Source of the DNA: Bacteroidota bacterium
GTDB taxonomy: Bacteria > Bacteroidota > Bacteroidia > Flavobacteriales_D > Crocinitomicaceae
Direction of reading: 5' to 3'
DNA: 64,000 bases
NCBI GenBank assembly: GCA_041178485.1
Contig: JBEGVI010000103.1
Location: 10,781-74,780, forward strand
In this document: one piece after another, positions 57,560 through 64,000 of the stretch
Numbering within the stretch: the stretch's first letter is position 1
How the letters are laid out: every line of letters starts with the position of its first letter
Notes under the pieces: model-generated
Databases searched by the model: none
Told to the model about the DNA's origin: nothing
What the model saw: the letters and a program-made list of their open reading frames with translations, nothing else
Made by a program: the position numbers and the translations under genes

Positions 57560-58990
57560 TTGACATCAAATTCTACGCGTATGTTTGATGATGAAGAAGA
57601 GGAAGGGTTTGAAGGGTTTGAAGGAAACTTGAAGGAAGACCTCGAAAAGTTTGAGGCGTTTCTGAAAGGGGAATCCATTGGTTTTCTTGACAGCGACAGA
57701 CTGGAAGCACTGATCGATCATTTTCTCATCAACAGTCAGTACGCTAAGGCCAAAGCATGTGCTGAGCACGCGATTACTCAATTTTCGTACAATCCGATTT
57801 TTCATCTTCGTAAAGCGCAGGCAATTTCTGCTATAGGGCAACTCAAAGAAGCCCTGAAGATTATTAACCAGATAGAAAAATGGGAAACTCCCTCTTGTGA
57901 ATTGCTGCTTACAAAAGCATCAATTTTTAGTCAGTTAAGGGACCGTAAAAACGCAATTCGCTATTTTGAACAAGCTCTTGCGCTGGCTGAACCGGAAGAC
58001 CGCGATGAGATTTATCTTGATCTTGCAATGGAACATGCGCATTCCGGAGATTTCAAAAAAGCAGTCGTTGTATTGAAAGAGGCCATTTCAAACAATCCTC
58101 ACAATGAAGGCGCTATATATGAGATTGCCTTTTGTTATGACCAGCTGGGAGAATACGAACAGGCAATTAAATGTTATTCTGACTTTATAGACGAAAATCC
58201 GTATTCCTTCACAGCATGGTACAATTTAGGAAATGCGTGTTCCAAACTTGAGGATTATGAGAAAGCGATCTGGGCCTACGATTACTGTTTGGTTATCAAT
58301 GAAGAATTCGGTCCAGCATATTTTAATTTAGGCAGTGTTTATCTTTCGACAGAAAAATACGAAGAGGCTATCTCGGCATTGGAGCGATGCATGGAACTGG
58401 ATGGGGAAGACGCGATGGCGCTCTCATATCTTGGTGAAGCTTTAGAGCAATTGAATCAACTTGACAGGGCGAGGGCGTGTTATAACCGTAGCATTGAACT
58501 CGCTCCGGGACTGCCGGATGCATGGCTGGGGCTTGGAATTGTTGAGGACTTGCAGGGAAATACCGAGGTTGCGCTTACCTTCTTGCACAAAGCTGCTGAA
58601 TTGGATCCGGGAAATGCAGGGGTCTATCATGTGCTGGCAGGGGCTTATGAGAAACTAAACAACTTCGATTCGGCGGAAGAATACTACCGCCTTTCCCTCG
58701 AGCTGGATCCTACGGATGGGGAATGCCTGACCGATTTCGTTACGCTCTTGGCAGATTCTGCCTTGTTGGAAGCGTATGAATACATCGATGATTTTTGTGT
58801 TCAGGATGAACAGAATATAACTGCCCGGGTTTTGAAGGTAAACATACTCTGGCTGATGGGTCGAAAGAACGAAGCTTTATTGCTTTTTGCCACGTGCGTG
58901 GAGGAGGATAAAGAAAAAGCGCGGGAAATTTTCACGATTAATCCGGACCTCTCAAGTGTGCAGGAATTTGTAACTTTGACCGAAGAATAG
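57560..58990 (+). CDS. TPR-repeat protein with acidic N-terminus
   Basis: Multiple 34-aa TPR motifs (W..LG..Y.....Y..A...Y..AL...P). The ORF-track start is a TTG, and ATG 57581 is possible. Confidence 0.65.
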   Translation: MTSNSTRMFDDEEEEGFEGFEGNLKEDLEKFEAFLKGESIGFLDSDRLEALIDHFLINSQYAKAKACAEHAITQFSYNPIFHLRKAQAISAIGQLKEALKIINQIEKWETPSCELLLTKASIFSQLRDRKNAIRYFEQALALAEPEDRDEIYLDLAMEHAHSGDFKKAVVVLKEAISNNPHNEGAIYEIAFCYDQLGEYEQAIKCYSDFIDENPYSFTAWYNLGNACSKLEDYEKAIWAYDYCLVINEEFGPAYFNLGSVYLSTEKYEEAISALERCMELDGEDAMALSYLGEALEQLNQLDRARACYNRSIELAPGLPDAWLGLGIVEDLQGNTEVALTFLHKAAELDPGNAGVYHVLAGAYEKLNNFDSAEEYYRLSLELDPTDGECLTDFVTLLADSALLEAYEYIDDFCVQDEQNITARVLKVNILWLMGRKNEALLLFATCVEEDKEKAREIFTINPDLSSVQEFVTLTEE

Positions 58991-58996
58991 AAAACG

Positions 58997-59815
58997 ATGA
59001 ATTTTAAACTGCCGTTCATTCCTGAAAGGAGCGAAAAACCAAGAGATAAAGGATTAACTATGATGATGGACAAAGGCTTGAGTCTCAATGAGGCTGCAAA
59101 CTTTATTCAGGCATCAGGTCACTTGACGGATTTAGTGAAGTTTGGTTTTGGTACGGCATTCGTCACCAACGACCTGGAAAAAAAACTTGATCAGTACCGC
59201 GAAGCGGGAATTAAGCCTTATTTCGGCGGAACCTTATTTGAAGCGTTCTATGCAAGAGGCAAGTTCAACGATTTTCTGAAATTGCTGGATAAATATAAAT
59301 TAGAAGTTGCTGAAATCTCTGATGGTTCGATCATCATTCCTCATGATGAGAAATGTGAATTAATTCGAAAGATGTCAAAGAATTTCACAGTTCTTTCGGA
59401 GGTTGGATCTAAAGATGCTGGGATACTTATTTCTCCCGGAAAATGGATCAAGATGATGAGCACCGAACTTGAAGCCGGAAGCTGGAAAGTTATAGCTGAA
59501 GGTCGAGAAGCAGGGAATGTAGGTGTTTTTCGTCCGAATGGTACGGCACACACACTGCTCATCAATCGAATCATTTCAAAAGTTGCTCCTGAACGAATTT
59601 TATGGGAGGCTCCGCAGAAGAATCAGCAGGTTTGGTTCATTAAATTGTTTGGAGCCGAAGTGAATCTGGGGAACATTGGTCCGAATGAGGTTATTCCATT
59701 AGAATGTCTGCGTCTGGGATTACGAGGGGATACCTTCTTTGATTTCCTTCCCAAGGATTATGCAGATCGACTAAAGCAGGTAAACGACGAAACAGAGGAA
59801 GAAGAGGTGGAATGA
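58997..59815 (+). CDS. comA: ComA-family (2R)-phospho-3-sulfolactate synthase-like protein
   Basis: The N-terminal pattern LPFIPERSEKPRDKGLTMMMDKG...HLTDLVKFGFGT matches my memory of the ComA family. Not verified by search. Confidence 0.65.
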   Translation: MNFKLPFIPERSEKPRDKGLTMMMDKGLSLNEAANFIQASGHLTDLVKFGFGTAFVTNDLEKKLDQYREAGIKPYFGGTLFEAFYARGKFNDFLKLLDKYKLEVAEISDGSIIIPHDEKCELIRKMSKNFTVLSEVGSKDAGILISPGKWIKMMSTELEAGSWKVIAEGREAGNVGVFRPNGTAHTLLINRIISKVAPERILWEAPQKNQQVWFIKLFGAEVNLGNIGPNEVIPLECLRLGLRGDTFFDFLPKDYADRLKQVNDETEEEEVE

Positions 59816-60708
59816 CTTTTCGAAAGTTAAAAGAGATTCACGGACATTCATCCGGCATTTATTCACTCGATTTTTCTGAAAATTATTTGTATTCCGGAAG
59901 TGCCGACCACTTCGTTGCACGATGGAAAGTCATTGAAGGCGTTCAGGATGCGTTTTCCATTCGTTTTGAAAATCCTGTTTACTGCATACGTTTATTCGAT
60001 GCTCATACCAAATTGGCCGTAGGTTTGGCAAATGGAGATCTCCATTTTTTTGACCTTGCAGAACGAAAAGAAATTAAATTCCTTGTTCAGCATAAAAAGG
60101 CAATTTTCAGCATTTATGAGAATTCAATTTTAAATCATCTCTACGTTGCCGATGCAGATGGGAACGTATCCGTTTGGGATGTGAAATCCAATGAGTTGAT
60201 GGCTTACCTTCCGTTTGATTGCGGCAAGATTCGTCGTATGTCAGTCAGTTCAAATGGCGGTACATTAACCCTCGCATGTCAGGATGGAATTGTCCGCGTC
60301 CTTGAGACGAACACATTGAATCTGGTCAATGAATTTGCCGCGCATAAGGATGGAGTTACCGCGATTTTATACAGTGCCGATGATGCGAATGTCCTCTTTA
60401 CAGCAGGAAAAGATGCTTATCTCAAAAAATGGGACCTGCATTCCGGGAGCTGCCTGAAAGCACTACCTGCGCATAATTTTGCTATATACGACTTGATTTT
60501 ACTCCAAAATCCTAATGTGCTTATTTCGGCCAGTCGTGATAAGACCATCAAAATTTGGAATCCCGAAACATTGGAAATCATTGAGCGACTCGATTTTAAA
60601 ACGGGAGGGCACCGGCATTCTGTGAATGCACTCATTTCAGTTAATTCAAACACTTTTGCTTCCGCATCAGACGATCGGAGAATTTTGGTTTGGAGTAGCG
60701 ACCATTAA
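59812..60708 (+). CDS. WD40-repeat beta-propeller protein
   Basis: About seven WD-like repeats (ARWKV, VWDV, KKWDL, IKIWN, ILVWS). The start overlaps the comA-like stop (ATGA). Confidence 0.75.
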   Translation: MTFRKLKEIHGHSSGIYSLDFSENYLYSGSADHFVARWKVIEGVQDAFSIRFENPVYCIRLFDAHTKLAVGLANGDLHFFDLAERKEIKFLVQHKKAIFSIYENSILNHLYVADADGNVSVWDVKSNELMAYLPFDCGKIRRMSVSSNGGTLTLACQDGIVRVLETNTLNLVNEFAAHKDGVTAILYSADDANVLFTAGKDAYLKKWDLHSGSCLKALPAHNFAIYDLILLQNPNVLISASRDKTIKIWNPETLEIIERLDFKTGGHRHSVNALISVNSNTFASASDDRRILVWSSDH

Positions 60709-60871
60709 TTGTTCATCTAAAGTTGTCAACGAATTTTCGTTTACTAGGAATTTCACAGTGTTTATCCCGAATATTTCATAAGTAAAGGTTATTATTTGTA
60801 TTTAAAACATAAATAAAAATCTATAAAAATGAATCTTCATTTTTGCACTGTAAATCCAAAATTTAAAACGA

Positions 60872-62308
60872 ATGAGAAGAATCACAGTTGCAAAAGGAGA
60901 CGGTATTGGTCCTGAAATTATGGATGCCACACTGGCGATTATTAAAGCTGCTGGCGCACAGATCGAAATTGATGAGATTGAGGTGGGCGAGAAGGTGTAT
61001 CTGTCTGGAAATACATCCGGAATTTCTGATGAGTCTTGGGAGATTATTCGTAGAAATAAGGTCTTTTTAAAAGCACCGATTACTACGCCACAGGGTGGAG
61101 GATATAAGAGCCTGAATGTAACGACCAGAAAATTTTTAGGGTTGTATGCAAACATTCGTCCATGTGTGAGTTTACACCCGTTTGTAGAAACGAAGCACCC
61201 TAAAATGGACATTGTGATAGTTCGTGAAAATGAGGAGGACTTGTATGCCGGTATTGAACATCAGCAAACGGATGAGGTTGTGCAGTGTTTGAAGTTGATC
61301 AGTCGTCCCGGTTGTGAAAAGATTGTTCGTTATGCATTTGAATATGCAAAGCAATACAACAGAAAGAAGGTGACGTGTTTCACAAAGGATAATATCATGA
61401 AACAAACGGATGGTCTTTTTCATCAGGTATTTGACGAGATTGCGAAAGAATATCCGACGATAGAGAACGAACATTGGATTATTGACATTGGTGCCGCGAA
61501 AATGGCAGATACACCGGAGGCTTTTGATGTAATTGTGATGCCGAATTTATATGGAGATGTGATGAGTGACGTGGCTGCTCAGATTGCCGGTTCTGTAGGA
61601 CTTGCCGGTTCGGCCAATATAGGTGAAGAATGTGCCATGTTTGAGGCGATTCATGGTTCAGCTCCCCGACGTGCAGGACAGAATATGGCGAATCCATCCG
61701 GGTTGATACAAGGGGCTATTTTGATGCTGGTGCACATCGGTCAGACAGAAGTAGCCGAAAAGGTGCAGAATGCATGGCTGAAAACGATTGAAGAAGGGAC
61801 GCATACCTACGATATTTACAACGAAGGGTTTAGTAAAACAAAAGTTGGAACGAAGGAATTTGCTGAAGCCGTAATTGCCAATCTTGGACAAAAACCGTCT
61901 ACACTTCAAGCGGTAAGCTATGAAAAAGGAACTACGCTCAACTTGCCGAAATACACCCGAAAAACACCGAAGAAAAAAGAGTTGCAGGGAGTGGACCTTT
62001 TCGTTCACTGGACCGGTGACAATGCGGATAAATTGGCAGAATTGGTCAACCAACTGAATACATCCGATGTGAAACTTAATATGATCACAAACAGAGGGAT
62101 CAAGGTGTATCCGAATGGTTTTCCGGAAACATTCTGCACGGATCACTGGCGTTGCCGTTTCAAACCAAACGATGGAAAAACATTGACCAAAAAGGATATT
62201 ATTGCGCTGTTGAGCGAGGCGGAAGAAAGGAACATCGATGTAATCAAGACCGAAAATTTGTACGCATTTGACGGTAAACCTGCATTTTCACTTGGACAAG
62301 GGCAGTAA
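60872..62308 (+). CDS. icd: isocitrate dehydrogenase (beta-decarboxylating dehydrogenase fold) with 138-aa C-terminal extension
   Basis: GDGIGPEI, YKSLNVTTRK..LYANIRP, NLYGDVMSD and HGSAP motifs. Confidence 0.8.
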   Translation: MRRITVAKGDGIGPEIMDATLAIIKAAGAQIEIDEIEVGEKVYLSGNTSGISDESWEIIRRNKVFLKAPITTPQGGGYKSLNVTTRKFLGLYANIRPCVSLHPFVETKHPKMDIVIVRENEEDLYAGIEHQQTDEVVQCLKLISRPGCEKIVRYAFEYAKQYNRKKVTCFTKDNIMKQTDGLFHQVFDEIAKEYPTIENEHWIIDIGAAKMADTPEAFDVIVMPNLYGDVMSDVAAQIAGSVGLAGSANIGEECAMFEAIHGSAPRRAGQNMANPSGLIQGAILMLVHIGQTEVAEKVQNAWLKTIEEGTHTYDIYNEGFSKTKVGTKEFAEAVIANLGQKPSTLQAVSYEKGTTLNLPKYTRKTPKKKELQGVDLFVHWTGDNADKLAELVNQLNTSDVKLNMITNRGIKVYPNGFPETFCTDHWRCRFKPNDGKTLTKKDIIALLSEAEERNIDVIKTENLYAFDGKPAFSLGQGQ

Positions 62309-62367
62309 TCAAATAAAGCTCCTTTTCCAGTTTTTATAGCTTCTATTTTAGTGGGAATCGACTTAAT

Positions 62368-63462
62368 TCAATTTGATTTAAGACCGGTTCCCAACTCCTT
62401 CAGCCTTCTGGCATGCGAACGAAAGGCCTCAGCGAACGATGGTTTCAGATTGTATTTCATTCCATATTCTTTAGCCACTTTTTCAACTATTGGCGCAATA
62501 GCACGGTAGTGTATATGGCACGTATTAGAGAAGAGGTGATGTTCTATCTGAAAATTCAGTCCACCGACATACCAGTTCAAAAAGTGATTGTTTCTAGCGA
62601 AATCAGAAGTGGTCAGAAGTTGGTGGACTTCCCATTCGTTCGGAATGGTTCCGTTTTCATCCGGTAAAGGTTGCTGTGCTCCTTGTACGACATGCGCCAT
62701 TTGGAAGATGGTTCCCATGATCATGCCTGCTGTAAAGTGAAGAATGCAAAACCCGATGACTACCTGATACCATCGATAGTCTGTTGTCCAGATAGGGATT
62801 CCGATTAAAACAGAGAAATAGATGAGTTTGGTAGCAATAAGTTTCATAACCTCGACGCGAGGGTTGTGCCCTTGATTTTTGGTGATGCCTTCCCGATTGA
62901 ATTCGATCAATTGTCCGATATCAGTAATGAGTTTCGCAAGTGTCATGAAGCCGTAAAAAAAATAGGCGTACAGGTATTGGAACCGATGCATCTTTTTTAA
63001 AGTAGCATGTTCACATAACCGAAGTGTGGCCTTCGACTCAATGTCCTGATCGTAGCCATAAATATTGGTGAAGGTGTGGTGAAGTAAATTGTGCTGGATC
63101 TTCCAGTTGTAGGTATTGCTTCCCAGCAAGAACATCGTAGATGCAAAAAAGGTGTTTACCCACTGTTTATCCGAGAAAGCACCGTGTGCAGCATCATGCA
63201 TTACCGACATGCCAATTCCTGCTTCCCCTATTCCCATTATGATTACAAGGAGTACAGATAAAAATAAGGGAGGCTGATAAATCAGGATGAAAATGAAGGG
63301 TGCAAGATAGAGCGTGATCATCACTACGGCTTTCAAGATCATGCGCCCATCGCCTTTAATAGATATGTTTTTTTCCTTGAAGTAGGAATTCACGCGTTGT
63401 TTTACATCCTTAACAAAGGCTTTTTGATGCGGGTCGTCAGAAATGAATTTCAGTGATTTCAT
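62368..63462 (-). CDS. membrane fatty-acid desaturase (front-end-type His boxes)
   Basis: His boxes HDAAHG, HNLLHH and QIEHH. Several TM helices. Confidence 0.8.
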   Translation of the reverse strand: MKSLKFISDDPHQKAFVKDVKQRVNSYFKEKNISIKGDGRMILKAVVMITLYLAPFIFILIYQPPLFLSVLLVIIMGIGEAGIGMSVMHDAAHGAFSDKQWVNTFFASTMFLLGSNTYNWKIQHNLLHHTFTNIYGYDQDIESKATLRLCEHATLKKMHRFQYLYAYFFYGFMTLAKLITDIGQLIEFNREGITKNQGHNPRVEVMKLIATKLIYFSVLIGIPIWTTDYRWYQVVIGFCILHFTAGMIMGTIFQMAHVVQGAQQPLPDENGTIPNEWEVHQLLTTSDFARNNHFLNWYVGGLNFQIEHHLFSNTCHIHYRAIAPIVEKVAKEYGMKYNLKPSFAEAFRSHARRLKELGTGLKSN

Positions 63463-63657
63463 GTATCAGCTTATTCTTTGAAATTGTACTATGAATTCAA
63501 ATTCAAAAGGACAAAAAGAACAAGACAAAAAATGGGGGATTCATCAAAGAATTAGGTGATATGGAGCATGTTGATGAACACAGAAGCCAGGACCATTTTT
63601 AGTGCCTTGCTCTTAAATAGCTAAGCATTTAAGCTTGTTAAGAGTAATGAGACAGTA

Positions 63658-64000
63658 TTAGTTTAATGATTCTAAAAGCTGTTTTCTTAATGCTTCTTCC
63701 TCCATCGCTCCATTCTGTTTCCACACTTCTTTTCCATCTTTGAACAAGATGAAAACCGGTACGGCCTGGATCTGGTATTTGGCAGCTAATTCGGTGCTTT
63801 TGTCTACATCGATACGCAGGACGGCTGCTTTGCCTTTGAATTCCTGTTCCATTTTATCGATGATCGGCGCCATTTTTCGGCAAGGAGAGCACCACACCGT
63901 GTGAAAATCAACCAGAACTAGTTTGTTTTGGGTCAGTAACTTATCGAATTGTTTTGCACTCATTTCCTGAATGTGCTCATCTTTGGCAACCGTTCCTGCG
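63658..64000 (-). CDS. thioredoxin-fold protein (5' end runs off the window)
   Basis: WCSPC active site and the AVPVF motif. The frame stays open upstream of ATG 63963 to the window edge. Confidence 0.75.
   Translation of the reverse strand, partial: AGTVAKDEHIQEMSAKQFDKLLTQNKLVLVDFHTVWCSPCRKMAPIIDKMEQEFKGKAAVLRIDVDKSTELAAKYQIQAVPVFILFKDGKEVWKQNGAMEEEALRKQLLESLN

Noticed and set aside
60825-60844. An AT-only hairpin, aaaaatga-atct-tcattttt, upstream of icd that could be a terminator or attenuator.
   Set aside because: The stem is all A-T and lies about 115 nt after the WD40 stop, with no separate U-run. Such pairings are expected by chance in AT-rich promoter DNA.
63463-63657. Shared words between the two longest intergenic regions (cttattctttg, ccttgctctt, ccaggac, and A-rich aaggaacaag-like blocks in 34396-34608 and 63463-63657), suggesting a repeated intergenic element.
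   Set aside because: The matches are 7-11 nt, are not colinear, and have different spacing. Both regions are compositionally biased, and I could not build a convincing alignment. A genome-wide search would be needed to revive this idea.
1-64000. A window-wide scan for defence or mobile hallmarks: integrase, transposase, restriction-modification, toxin-antitoxin, Cas, phage structural clusters, tRNA or tmRNA attachment sites.
   Set aside because: None was recognised. The YwqK-like MORN protein and the collagen/tail-fibre-like motifs occur without any accompanying toxin or phage module.

Overview
Gene-dense chromosomal segment with about 60 protein-coding genes. I see no rRNA or tRNA, no CRISPR array, and no integrase, transposase or other mobile-element hallmark. 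Lineage signals point to Bacteroidota. Secreted proteins end in T9SS C-terminal sorting domains, most start codons lack an obvious Shine-Dalgarno motif, and the Bacteroidota-type -7 promoter box TAnnTTTG occurs exactly 17 times in the short stretches just upstream of predicted starts. Content is mostly housekeeping: ABC-F ATPase, miaA, ispH, glmM, ribH, recF plus DUF721, truC-like, ltaE, DEAD-box helicase, typA, icd, tatA, alkB. This is interleaved with envelope and surface functions: M1 peptidase, MltF-like transglycosylase, TlpA-like oxidoreductase, FtsX-type ABC pair, DUF5916-like outer-membrane protein, CapD-like dehydratase cluster, T9SS cargo. I do not see a clear-cut defence island or a described accessory system. 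The least explained units are: (i) a translationally coupled TPR, ComA-like phosphosulfolactate synthase and WD40 trio (57.6-60.7 kb); (ii) a small T9SS-sorted protein followed by a 912-aa collagen-like/tail-fibre-like protein with six Ig-like repeats and no sorting domain (28.5-31.8 kb); (iii) a receiver-cyclase-HD fusion coupled to a PduO-type adenosyltransferase (14.1-16.4 kb); (iv) two tandem FemAB/GNAT-like paralogues ahead of a start/stop-coupled capD-thioesterase-MORN-BaiN operon (36.1-42.6 kb); (v) miaA with no canonical start codon ahead of its P-loop, plus several genes whose -7 box abuts the start codon (probable leaderless mRNAs). All functional calls come from motif recognition by eye. 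None was checked against a database.
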